Origin: Chlamydia trachomatis
GTDB taxonomy: Bacteria; Chlamydiota; Chlamydiia; Chlamydiales; 2-12-FULL-49-11
Length of the DNA stretch: 64,000 nt
Assembly: GCA_945872565.1 (NCBI GenBank)
Contig: CAMBZN010000004.1
Span: 20,190-84,189, forward strand
Direction of reading: 5' to 3'
Below the pieces are notes generated by a model. It was not told the DNA's origin. It saw only the letters and a program-made list of their open reading frames with translations, and made no database searches. The first letter of the stretch is position 1; each line of letters opens with the position of its first letter. The translations under genes and the position numbers were made by a program. Positions 6,999 to 15,517 of the stretch are shown here, piece by piece.

Positions 6999-8027
6999 TT
7001 AATAAGAAGAGTCTGTTAGTTGCGTTTTCCCTTTAAATATTGTGTATAAAATCGTTCCGTATAAAAAAACAAGCGGTAACCCCATTGCGGCTATAAACAT
7101 GGTCACTATTAAAGTGATCCTTTGAGCTGAGGAGTTGTAGATTGTAAGGCTATTGCTTGCATAGTCAATGGATGAGGGAATCATATTTGGAAATGTCCCT
7201 ATCAAGACAAGTAAAAATAAAAACACAATTGTTGCCATAGAAGAGATGAAGCTATACCCATAACGTCGTTTAGAAAGAGAAAAGGGCAAAAGACCCATAA
7301 AGATCAGCATTACAAGTGGAACAAGAAAAAAGAATTTATATGTAATAAATGCCGCAGTCATCCTTGGCACCGATCCCCATGTCCATACAGTTGCAGTAAG
7401 GAAAAAAAAGTAAAACAAGGGAGTCAGATATTTTGCAAAGCCATGCAGTTTTTCTTGCAACTCCCCTTCTGTCTTCATAAGAAGAAAAATTGCACCATGA
7501 GTAGCAAAAAGGGAAATGGCAAACATCCCCATAAAAATAGAGTAAGGGTGGAAAATTTCACTAAAAGAAATAATCATCTCCCTTTCAGCATTCACCGGAA
7601 CACCCACTAGAAGATTACCCAGCATCACACCCAATGAAAAAGTAATAATCACTGAAGCCAGCCAAAAAGCTCCATCCCAAAAATATCTCCAAGTCAAAGA
7701 CTTTTCTTTTGATCTAAATTCAATAGCAACACCCCTAATAATGAATCCAAGGAGCATAAGCATAATAAGTAAATAAAAACCTGACAATAAAATTGCATAC
7801 ACATCTGGAAATGCTACAAATAATGCCCCAAAAATAGCAATTAACCACACCTCGTTACCATCCCAAAAAGGGCCGATAGAATTAAGAAGAATTCGACGAT
7901 TTTCATCCTTACCTACAAAAACCTGTAAAATTCCCACACCCAGATCAAAGCCGTCTAAAACAACATACAAAGCAACCGATGCCCCGACAATTAAATACGC
8001 TAATATTTGCAAAACTTGTGTTGACAT
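6999..8027 (-). CDS. cydB: cytochrome bd ubiquinol/menaquinol oxidase subunit II
   Basis: 342-aa polytopic membrane protein immediately downstream of cydA. It has a typical CydB N-terminus (LDGFDLGVGIL...WDGNEVWL). Confidence 0.9.
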   Translation of the reverse strand: MSTQVLQILAYLIVGASVALYVVLDGFDLGVGILQVFVGKDENRRILLNSIGPFWDGNEVWLIAIFGALFVAFPDVYAILLSGFYLLIMLMLLGFIIRGVAIEFRSKEKSLTWRYFWDGAFWLASVIITFSLGVMLGNLLVGVPVNAEREMIISFSEIFHPYSIFMGMFAISLFATHGAIFLLMKTEGELQEKLHGFAKYLTPLFYFFFLTATVWTWGSVPRMTAAFITYKFFFLVPLVMLIFMGLLPFSLSKRRYGYSFISSMATIVFLFLLVLIGTFPNMIPSSIDYASNSLTIYNSSAQRITLIVTMFIAAMGLPLVFLYGTILYTIFKGKTQLTDSSY

Positions 8028-8035
8028 ATCCCACC

Positions 8036-9406
8036 TTATTTTTTATTTAATTCTAAATATGGATCTTTATACTCTGAAATTAAGTCTTTTTCATCATCAA
8101 AAACCGGACCTTTTTGTATCTTCTTATTCAAAAGGTAGAAAAACAATGTTCCCATCATGCTATACATCACAACAAACATAATCAAAGAGGCAATCACATC
8201 AGATCGACTGATCACTCTTGAGACCCCTTCGGTTGTTCTCATAACATTATATACAATCCAAGGTTGCCTTCCCACCTCTGCTGTAAACCATCCCGCCATG
8301 TTTGCTATGTATGGAAACGCAATGCCCACCATTGCAAACCAAAGAAACCACTTTCTTTTAAGAAAATCCTTTCTAAAGTAAAGTCCTAAAATTGCTATAA
8401 GGACCATCCCCCCCCAGCAATAAATCATCATATGGTAACAATAAAAGACAGTAGGTACATGCGGCCAATTCTCTTTTGGAAATTCATTTAAGCCGGGCAC
8501 TGCCTGGTGTAAATTACGGTATGTTAGCATACTAAGCCCTGAAGGGATGGAAATTCCATATACTTTCTCTGTTTTCATATCCACAATACCAATTAATGTG
8601 ATCGGAGTGTTTGGCTTTGTCTCAAAAATCCCTTCAAGTGCTGCAAATTTCACAGGTTGGTCTTTTGCAACCCCCCTTGCACTACTATCTGCTGACCAAA
8701 GCTGTAGCATAAGGGTAACAAGGGCTACCCAAAGCATCGACGTGAGCATTTTTTTCGCAAAAAAATCATGTCTTTTTTTGAGCACATAATAGGCACAAAT
8801 ACTAATTACAAAAAATATACCTATTAAGAAGCATCCTAAAAGCACATGGCCAAGCCTTGTGAGAAATGATGGGGAAAAATAGACCTGCCACAAATCTGTA
8901 ATCACAGCCCTTTTATAAATCCCCTCACCTACAATTTTATATCCAGCCGGTGTTTGCATCCATGAATTAGCCATAACAATCCACGTAGCGCTAAAAGTTG
9001 CCCCCAAAGAGACCATGATTGTCGCAAAATAGTGAGTAAGCGGCTTTACCCTTGTCCAGCCAAATATCATGATGCCTAAAAACCCCGCCTCCATAAAAAA
9101 TGCAAATACACCTTCTGCTGCAAGCATGGAACCAAAAACATTACCAACAAATTTTGAAAATTGCGACCAGTTATTTCCAAAAGCAAACAGCTGCACAAAA
9201 CCTGTTGCCACTCCCATTGCAAAAAAAAGACCGAAAATATTTACCAAAAAACGGGTGATTTTGTAGTAATCTTTGTTTTTTGTTTTTACATACATCCCTT
9301 CCATGAACATAATCACCCAAGCAAGTCCTATAGTCATAGGGGGGAATAAATAATGAAAAGAGATGTTCAACGCAAACTGAATACGAGATAGCATCGTAAC
9401 GTCCAT
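8036..9406 (-). CDS. cydA: cytochrome bd oxidase subunit I
   Basis: 456 aa with the GWFTAEVGRQPW signature and conserved N-terminal FHYLF(P)P. Confidence 0.95.
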   Translation of the reverse strand: MDVTMLSRIQFALNISFHYLFPPMTIGLAWVIMFMEGMYVKTKNKDYYKITRFLVNIFGLFFAMGVATGFVQLFAFGNNWSQFSKFVGNVFGSMLAAEGVFAFFMEAGFLGIMIFGWTRVKPLTHYFATIMVSLGATFSATWIVMANSWMQTPAGYKIVGEGIYKRAVITDLWQVYFSPSFLTRLGHVLLGCFLIGIFFVISICAYYVLKKRHDFFAKKMLTSMLWVALVTLMLQLWSADSSARGVAKDQPVKFAALEGIFETKPNTPITLIGIVDMKTEKVYGISIPSGLSMLTYRNLHQAVPGLNEFPKENWPHVPTVFYCYHMMIYCWGGMVLIAILGLYFRKDFLKRKWFLWFAMVGIAFPYIANMAGWFTAEVGRQPWIVYNVMRTTEGVSRVISRSDVIASLIMFVVMYSMMGTLFFYLLNKKIQKGPVFDDEKDLISEYKDPYLELNKK

Positions 9407-9439
9407 AAATAAAAAAACCCTCTTTAGTAAAGTAAAATT

Positions 9440-10444
9440 TTACAATAAAGCTTTTTCTATTTTAGAACAATTGTTTAGTAAGAGATGATCTACTAGCACA
9501 AGTGCTGTCATCGCCTCTACAATTACAGTCGCCCTGAGCGCAATGCATGGATCATGCCTTGTATCATCCTTTAATTTGGAAATTGTGTTTCTACCATCAA
9601 GTGTGATTGTCTTCATTTCACGACGTATGGATGATGTTGGTTTAAACGGTGCCCTAAAAATAATGTCCTCACCAGTTGTTATTCCCGCTAAGATACCGCC
9701 GTGGTGGTTTGTGATAAACCTTCCATCCTCCATCTGGTCATTGTGTAATGACCCCCTCATTTTTGCAGAATTAAAGCCTGATCCAAATTCAATTCCTTTA
9801 CATGCATTAATGGAAAGGATCGCTTTGCCAAGATTTGCCTCTATCTTCTCATAGATTGGATCTCCAAGCCCCGCAGGTACATTTTTAACAACACACTCTA
9901 TCAATCCACCAAGCGAGTCATTTTCCTCCATCACATGCTCTAAAAGCTCATTAAATCCCTCCTTATACCCCCCTATTTCTATCACTTTGGCCTCAATTGA
10001 AATTGGATCGATGATTAGCTTTGCAATAGCTCCTGCTGCAACTCTTGCTGCGGTCTCTCTTGCTGATGCCCTTCCACCGCCTCTGTAATCAAAGTTTCCA
10101 TATTTTTTAAGATAGGAGTAGTTAGCATGCCCCACCCTGATTATATCTTTTACATCTGCATAGCATGCGCTGTCGTGATTGGTATTTTTTATCCAAAGGG
10201 TAATTGGAGCCCCTGTTGATTTTCCTTCAAACACCCCAGAAAGAATTTCCACCCTATCCTCTTCCTTTCGAGGGGAGGTTAATGGGCTGTATCCTGGCCG
10301 CCTTCTATCCATTTGCTTTTCAATCATCTCTTTGTTTATCAATACACCCGATGGACACCCATCGATTACGCAGCCTACGCCCTTTCCATGAGATTCCCCA
10401 AAGGTTGTTACCACAAATTGCCTACCAAAAGAATTTGATCCCAT
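9440..10444 (-). CDS. aroC: chorismate synthase
   Basis: 334 aa with TTFGESHG and GGGRASARETAARVAAG motifs. Confidence 0.95.
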   Translation of the reverse strand: MGSNSFGRQFVVTTFGESHGKGVGCVIDGCPSGVLINKEMIEKQMDRRRPGYSPLTSPRKEEDRVEILSGVFEGKSTGAPITLWIKNTNHDSACYADVKDIIRVGHANYSYLKKYGNFDYRGGGRASARETAARVAAGAIAKLIIDPISIEAKVIEIGGYKEGFNELLEHVMEENDSLGGLIECVVKNVPAGLGDPIYEKIEANLGKAILSINACKGIEFGSGFNSAKMRGSLHNDQMEDGRFITNHHGGILAGITTGEDIIFRAPFKPTSSIRREMKTITLDGRNTISKLKDDTRHDPCIALRATVIVEAMTALVLVDHLLLNNCSKIEKALL

Positions 10445-10878
10445 CTGCCCTCCACTTGACTGTTACAACAAATTTTATACATTTTACATCTTCTTTCAAA
10501 CACCCCCTCGATTGAAGCTGCTTGATAAAAGCTCCCCTTGCCCGTCCACCTTTTTTTTAAACTCTCTAAATCGTTATGCAAATATACTACATGCCCTAAC
10601 CCCTGGAGTAAAGTTAAAGCCCCCTTGATTTCTACCACTCCACCGCCTGTTGCTATTATAGTATTATTCATTCCATACAATTGTTCGATCACGGTTTTCT
10701 CTTCTTTTCTAAACGCCACTTCTCCAAGCCTTTTATAGAGCTCTCTGACACTCTCTCCAAATTTACTCTCTAGTAGTTCATCGGTATCTATAAATGTTCG
10801 ATCAAGCACCTTGCTTAGTTTTTTTCCGTAATAGGTTTTACCCACCCCCTGATAGCCAATTAATACAATATTTCTCAT
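10408..10878 (-). CDS. aroK: shikimate kinase
   Basis: 156 aa with the P-loop GYQGVGKT, then DTD and GGG(V)V motifs. The 3' end overlaps the aroC start by 37 nt. Confidence 0.85.
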   Translation of the reverse strand: MRNIVLIGYQGVGKTYYGKKLSKVLDRTFIDTDELLESKFGESVRELYKRLGEVAFRKEEKTVIEQLYGMNNTIIATGGGVVEIKGALTLLQGLGHVVYLHNDLESLKKRWTGKGSFYQAASIEGVFERRCKMYKICCNSQVEGRWDQILLVGNLW

Positions 10879-12159
10879 CTAGTGCATTTCAAGCTCTAAA
10901 TTCATCCCACAGTTGATAAATTCATAGATAGCTGTTGGAAAAGTTTTTACTAAGGCCTCTGACCCAGTTAATACTGTTTCTCCTTTAGCGGCAGATGCTG
11001 CAACCATTAAAGAAAGAACAACCCTATGATCATCGGCCCCATCTAATCTTGCTCCTGTTAATTTAGAGGGGTAGATAGTCATTCCATCACAGTTGCTTTC
11101 GATGTTTGCTCCCATCTGTTTTAATCGATTTGTCATTACCTCTATCCGATCACATTCTTTTAATCGGGCAATTCCTGCACCTGTAATTATTGTCTTTGTC
11201 TTCGCAAAAGCTGCAACAACTGCTAAAATGGGTAGTGAATCGATACAATGATTGATGTTTACCTCCACCCCCTTTAATCCATCCCCACCCCTTGCAATAA
11301 GAACTCCCCCTTCAAAATGAATCTTTGCCCCCATTTGTCGAAAAATATCAAGAGTCTTTTGATCACCCTGCATACTCTGCTCTTCTAGTCCGTGAATTTT
11401 GATTTCACCCCCTGATATTATTGCCGCTGCAATTGGAAACAAAGCTGTGGAATAATCACCCCCTATTGATAGAGAAAACCCCCTATAAGAGGCCCCCCCT
11501 TCTACTTCATACAAACGATACCCTTCGTGATAAACAGGGGCTCCCACAAATTCTAACCAGTGCATAGTTAGATCTACCCAAGGTTTTTCCCCAGCGTTTA
11601 AAACAAATATTTCTGAAGGGGAATCTAAAAAGGATGTGGTAAAAAGCATTGATGATACAGGCTGAGAATCCTCTCCATGGATCATCATAGATCCTGGCTC
11701 TAATTTTCCTTTTATCGACAACATTTGATCCTCCCTTTCTTCAAATGAGAGGGCGACCATACCGCTTTTTTTATACACATCTAAGAGGGGTTTTACAGGT
11801 CTTCGAGTTTTTATCGAGTGATCCCCAGTAATTAAAACTTCCCCCTCTACAAGGGCTGCAAATCCTAACATAAATCTAAGGGCCAAGCCAGAATTTCCCA
11901 CATCGATAGGATGATCCGGCAAAGATGGTTTTCCACCCACTCCAACAATTTTTAAAGTTGTCCCCTCCTGGGTTACCTTCGCCCCAAAAGACTTTACCCC
12001 CTCTATCATAGCAAAAGAGTCTGGAGAGAGTAGGATATTTTTAATCAAGGATTCACCAGTTGCCATGCTTGCAAATACTATAGCTCTCATTGTCTCTGAT
12101 TTTGACGGGGGGATAAACATTTCACCAGTTATACAAGATGGTTTTATCCTACAAAGCAT
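10879..12159 (-). CDS. aroA: 3-phosphoshikimate 1-carboxyvinyltransferase (EPSP synthase)
   Basis: 426 aa with PPSKSETMRA and VGNSGLALRF motifs. Confidence 0.95.
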   Translation of the reverse strand: MLCRIKPSCITGEMFIPPSKSETMRAIVFASMATGESLIKNILLSPDSFAMIEGVKSFGAKVTQEGTTLKIVGVGGKPSLPDHPIDVGNSGLALRFMLGFAALVEGEVLITGDHSIKTRRPVKPLLDVYKKSGMVALSFEEREDQMLSIKGKLEPGSMMIHGEDSQPVSSMLFTTSFLDSPSEIFVLNAGEKPWVDLTMHWLEFVGAPVYHEGYRLYEVEGGASYRGFSLSIGGDYSTALFPIAAAIISGGEIKIHGLEEQSMQGDQKTLDIFRQMGAKIHFEGGVLIARGGDGLKGVEVNINHCIDSLPILAVVAAFAKTKTIITGAGIARLKECDRIEVMTNRLKQMGANIESNCDGMTIYPSKLTGARLDGADDHRVVLSLMVAASAAKGETVLTGSEALVKTFPTAIYEFINCGMNLELEMH

Positions 12160-13154
12160 TCTTCCTCCTTACACATTTTCTCAAGGGTTCCTATTATCAA
12201 CTCCCTTGTCACCTGGTGAGTTATTTTATCTTGAATTTGATGTATAGAGCCTATTTTTCCGAGTAAAATAAAGCAAGGCTTTCCCTCCTTATTTTTTTTA
12301 TCTAGGCACATTGCCCTGTAAATTGCCTCTTTATCTAAATCTAAGGGGAAAATCTTCTGTGGGTAACTTAGTAAATACCTTTGAATGATTCTCCACTCCT
12401 CCTCCTTTAAAATATGTAGACAGTAACTTAAGAGCGATTCAAAATAGATCCCCACAAGCACCGCCTTTGCATGGCTTACTTTGTAATCTGAAACTTTCTC
12501 ATAGGCATGGGCAAAGGTGTGGCCAAAGTTGAGGATTGCCCTTGCATTTGTATCCATTGGATCCTTTTCCACCACCTGTATTTTTAACTCTCTTGCTCTT
12601 AAGATTGGATTTTCCATGGAAAAAAACAAATCTCTATCTGAGGTTAGTGCGATTTTAATCACCTCTGAAAATTGCTCCTCATAGAGATCTTTGGGTAGAG
12701 TCTTTAAAAACACCTGGTCAAGGCAAACATCAATTGGTGCGTAAAAGGTCCCTATTAGATTTTTCCCCATGTGTGTATTGATTCCATTTTTCCCCCCGAT
12801 GCTTGCATCGACAAAGCAGGTAATGGTTGTGGGAATAATAGAAAACGGCACCCCCCTCATAAAAGTTGCCGCTACAAATCCTACAAGGTCTGAAATGACC
12901 CCTCCGCCAAAAGCGATTAGCTCTGTATCTCTACTGTATCCATTTTTTAGTAAATGATCTTCGATAGCAGCTTTTCTCTCTCTTGATTTTTCTTTTTCTC
13001 CCGCAGGAATGATTAAATAAGGAAATCCCAGTTCTTTAATAAACTCAAAATATATTAAAGCGATGTTTTCATCTGTGATTAAGAGAACTTTATTTCCTCT
13101 ATTTTTTATCGCCTCACAAAAAGCAACAATTCGACATAAGTTTCGATGTTCCAT
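12144..13154 (-). CDS. aroB: 3-dehydroquinate synthase
   Basis: GGGVISDLVGFVAATFMRG and DASIGGKNG motifs. I place the start at ATG 13154 (MEHRNL...). The ORF-track extension to 13328 would overlap the divergent aroD and adds non-homologous sequence. Confidence 0.85.
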   Translation of the reverse strand: MEHRNLCRIVAFCEAIKNRGNKVLLITDENIALIYFEFIKELGFPYLIIPAGEKEKSRERKAAIEDHLLKNGYSRDTELIAFGGGVISDLVGFVAATFMRGVPFSIIPTTITCFVDASIGGKNGINTHMGKNLIGTFYAPIDVCLDQVFLKTLPKDLYEEQFSEVIKIALTSDRDLFFSMENPILRARELKIQVVEKDPMDTNARAILNFGHTFAHAYEKVSDYKVSHAKAVLVGIYFESLLSYCLHILKEEEWRIIQRYLLSYPQKIFPLDLDKEAIYRAMCLDKKNKEGKPCFILLGKIGSIHQIQDKITHQVTRELIIGTLEKMCKEEECFVG

Positions 13155-13220
13155 GTAAATAAAAAGATGTGAATTATTATTCACTCGTATAGAATATACG
13201 CAAACTAAATAATTTTGACT

Positions 13221-13850
13221 ATGGAATTTGTTGTAATCACAGGTCCTACCTACAAGACCGCTCAAAAAAAAATCCTCAAAGCACTTAAACTGCTTGATGG
13301 AATAGAGCTTCGCCTTGACTTGTTTCATGGGATTACAAAAGAGGAGGTTAGGGAAATTGTTTCCGTTTGTAAAGGGGCTGGAAAAAAAATCATCTTAACA
13401 ATGAGGTCGCTAGAAGGTGGAGGCGGGTATAAAAGATCTATTTCCTCGCTAGAAAATGAAATCTATGAACTCTCAACTACAATGCCCGATTACATGGACA
13501 TTGAGTATACTCTTTCTGATGATCTATTTACTTCTTTATCAGGGATAAACATTATCGCCTCTTTTCATGATTTTGAAAGAACACCTAATTTAGACTTGGT
13601 TTTAAGAAAAATGCAGAACAAAAAGGCTTATGCTTATAAAGTTTGCACTACCTCTAACCTGTTATCTGATTCCTACCGAATGCTAAATTTCATTCACAAG
13701 CAAACCAATTTAGGATTAAGGTTCATCGGCATTTGTATGGGGGAAAAAGGTAAGATTACTAGAGAGGATGGGCTTAAAGTGGGGAACTATTTAAATTACA
13801 GAATTCTACATCTTGGCGACAAAGTAGCTCCGGGGTTAGATTTTGCTTGA
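13221..13850 (+). CDS. aroD: 3-dehydroquinate dehydratase, type I
   Basis: About 209 aa with GIELRLDLF and AYKVC(T) regions typical of type I DHQase. It is divergent from aroB. There is no fused shikimate dehydrogenase domain. Confidence 0.8.
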   Translation: MEFVVITGPTYKTAQKKILKALKLLDGIELRLDLFHGITKEEVREIVSVCKGAGKKIILTMRSLEGGGGYKRSISSLENEIYELSTTMPDYMDIEYTLSDDLFTSLSGINIIASFHDFERTPNLDLVLRKMQNKKAYAYKVCTTSNLLSDSYRMLNFIHKQTNLGLRFIGICMGEKGKITREDGLKVGNYLNYRILHLGDKVAPGLDFA

Positions 13851-13906
13851 AATTATTGATGGAAAAGGTAACAAGGGATCTATATATTGAGAGGTAAGTT
13901 TAAGCG

Positions 13907-14701
13907 TTGAGTATATTTTCGTTCATTAATCCGCTTATTGAAATCGTTATTATCACGGTAATGATCAACTACTTACTTTCTTTTTTTTGGAATACAAGGT
14001 CTATGGACCTCATCTTAGGTTTTTTAGCCTTCATTTTTATCTTTGCATTCTCCTCCCTTCTACCCTTTCCTGTGCTGCATAGAATTATGCTTCTTGTAGC
14101 AAATGTCGCTGTGATTGCTGTAATTGTCATTTTTCAGCCCGAACTTCGAGTTGCTCTATCTAAATTGAGCTTTAAAAATAAACGTTTTAAACAGGTAAGT
14201 GAGTTTGATGCTTTTTTAGAGGAGCTTACCACCTCTGTATATAACTTAGCGGCCAAGCAAACTGGTGCTTTGATCGTTTTGGAAAAAGAGGACTCTTTGG
14301 ATGAGTACATCAATAAATCAAGCATTATCGGAGCACATTTTAGTGCAGAGCTTATCGACGCTATTTTTTCCAGGTACTCCCCTCTGCATGATGGGGCAAT
14401 CATCATTAGAGACCAAAAAATTGCAGCAGCACAAGCAATTCTCCCCCTTGCAGACACCCCCCATGTACAGAAAAATCTTGGAACAAGACATAGAGCTGCT
14501 GTGGGTTTATCTATTGCCACAGACGCTGTTGTGATTGTTGCCTCTGAAGAAAGTGGCAAAATATCTATCGCAAGAGAAGGGATTATCACAAGGGGCATTA
14601 AAGTTGAACGCTTCAAAGTGATTATTCGCAGCCTTTTTAGCTCAGAGGAGGAGGTCACAGACGAACCGAAAAAACGATTTAATTGGTGGTTGAAAACATG
14701 A
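13907..14701 (+). CDS. cdaA: diadenylate cyclase (c-di-AMP synthase), membrane-anchored
   Basis: 264 aa with three N-terminal TM segments followed by a DAC domain (HDGAIIIRD, GTRHRAAVGLS). Confidence 0.9.
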   Translation: MSIFSFINPLIEIVIITVMINYLLSFFWNTRSMDLILGFLAFIFIFAFSSLLPFPVLHRIMLLVANVAVIAVIVIFQPELRVALSKLSFKNKRFKQVSEFDAFLEELTTSVYNLAAKQTGALIVLEKEDSLDEYINKSSIIGAHFSAELIDAIFSRYSPLHDGAIIIRDQKIAAAQAILPLADTPHVQKNLGTRHRAAVGLSIATDAVVIVASEESGKISIAREGIITRGIKVERFKVIIRSLFSSEEEVTDEPKKRFNWWLKT

Positions 14702-14856
14702 CCCTTTTACTTAAAAAAATTTTTATCGATAACTGGCTGCGCAAAATCATCTCTTTTTTTGTCGCTATCATCATTTGGTTTATCGTAAACGATTCATTTA
14801 CAAAACCAAGAGACTACACCTCCTTAAGCTCTGAAAACACTGAAGAAGTGAGGTAA
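14698..14856 (+). CDS. 52-aa single-TM protein resembling only the N-terminal anchor of CdaR/YbbR
   Basis: Below the ORF-track cutoff. Its ATG overlaps the cdaA stop (ATGA), and its stop lies 1 nt before the rsmE ATG. DNWLRKIISFFVAIIIWFIVNDS resembles B. subtilis CdaR NRWAVKIIALLFALLLYVAVNSN. Confidence 0.5.
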   Translation: MTLLLKKIFIDNWLRKIISFFVAIIIWFIVNDSFTKPRDYTSLSSENTEEVR

Positions 14857-14857
14857 T

Positions 14858-15517
14858 ATGCCCCATAGATACTTTTATGCTGGCCCATTAGAGGTGGGGG
14901 GTACAGTTAACTTAAACGAAGAAGAAAGGCGCCACATCAAACAGGTGATGAGAACAAAAGAAGGAGCAACCATTGAAGTGATCAATGGGCGTGGTGATCT
15001 TGCTCAAGCAGCTTTTGGCGATAGGATCGTTGTAAAAAGCCTCGAGCATGAATCCCCTAGCAAAGAGGTTAAGGGGCTTGCCCTAGCACTTACTGAGCCA
15101 AGGAATCTTGAACTTGTGATTGAAAAAGCAACTGAACTTGGAATTGACCAATTCTACATTTTCCCCTCAGCAAAAAGTAAATTAAACAATCTCTCCAAGA
15201 ATAAAGAGGAAAGAATTCACAAGATCTTAATATCGGCTATCAAACAATCTAAAAGACTCCACCTTCCAACCGTCCACTTCCTCTCAAGTAAGGAGCAGTT
15301 GCCCCAGGGGACGTATCTTCTTGCTGATTTTGATGGAGCTTGTTTTAATAAAGTTACATCTTCTGCAACATTTATTATTGGACCTGAAAGTGGATTTACC
15401 CCCAGTGAGATCGAGTTTTTTAAAACAAAGCTGCGAGCAAGTTCAGTTTTGCTTTCAAAAAACACCTTAAGAACCGAGACGGCGGCAATTTGTGCCGCAA
15501 CGTTACTTTTTGTTTAG
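14858..15517 (+). CDS. rsmE: 16S rRNA (uracil1498-N3)-methyltransferase
   Basis: 219 aa with an N-terminal PUA-like region (HRYFY...EE.RHI) and a C-terminal IGPESGF...LRTETAA SPOUT motif. Confidence 0.85.
   Translation: MPHRYFYAGPLEVGGTVNLNEEERRHIKQVMRTKEGATIEVINGRGDLAQAAFGDRIVVKSLEHESPSKEVKGLALALTEPRNLELVIEKATELGIDQFYIFPSAKSKLNNLSKNKEERIHKILISAIKQSKRLHLPTVHFLSSKEQLPQGTYLLADFDGACFNKVTSSATFIIGPESGFTPSEIEFFKTKLRASSVLLSKNTLRTETAAICAATLLFV

Larger units (their letters stand above)
5450..7380. repeat. tandem segmental duplication, unit 2 (nadK 3' fragment, three small-protein genes, 3' end of the intact cydB)
   Basis: See unit 1. The junction at 5444-5449 is CCCCAT, which is present in both parental sequences (nadK 4328-4333 and cydB 7375-7380). 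Confidence 0.85.

Noticed and set aside
13155-13328. A long 5' extension of aroB (ORF-track start 13328) overlapping the divergent aroD by more than 100 nt.
   Set aside because: The extension (MKQVKAKLYSIKQFKCFEDFF...) has no DHQ-synthase similarity. The internal ATG at 13154 gives a normal N-terminus and leaves a 66-nt divergent promoter region.
14134-14658. Long antisense or out-of-frame ORFs inside well-supported genes. Examples are 14134-14658(-) in cdaA, 16497-17000(+) and 16083-16496(+) in pyk, 19521-20003(-) in uvrA, 38485-39012(-) opposite the exonuclease, 50152-50535(-) in menD and 57881-58246(-) in menB.
   Set aside because: They are shadow ORFs. They lie entirely within genes that carry strong catalytic motifs, have low-complexity or odd composition, and show no motif or ribosome-binding-site support.
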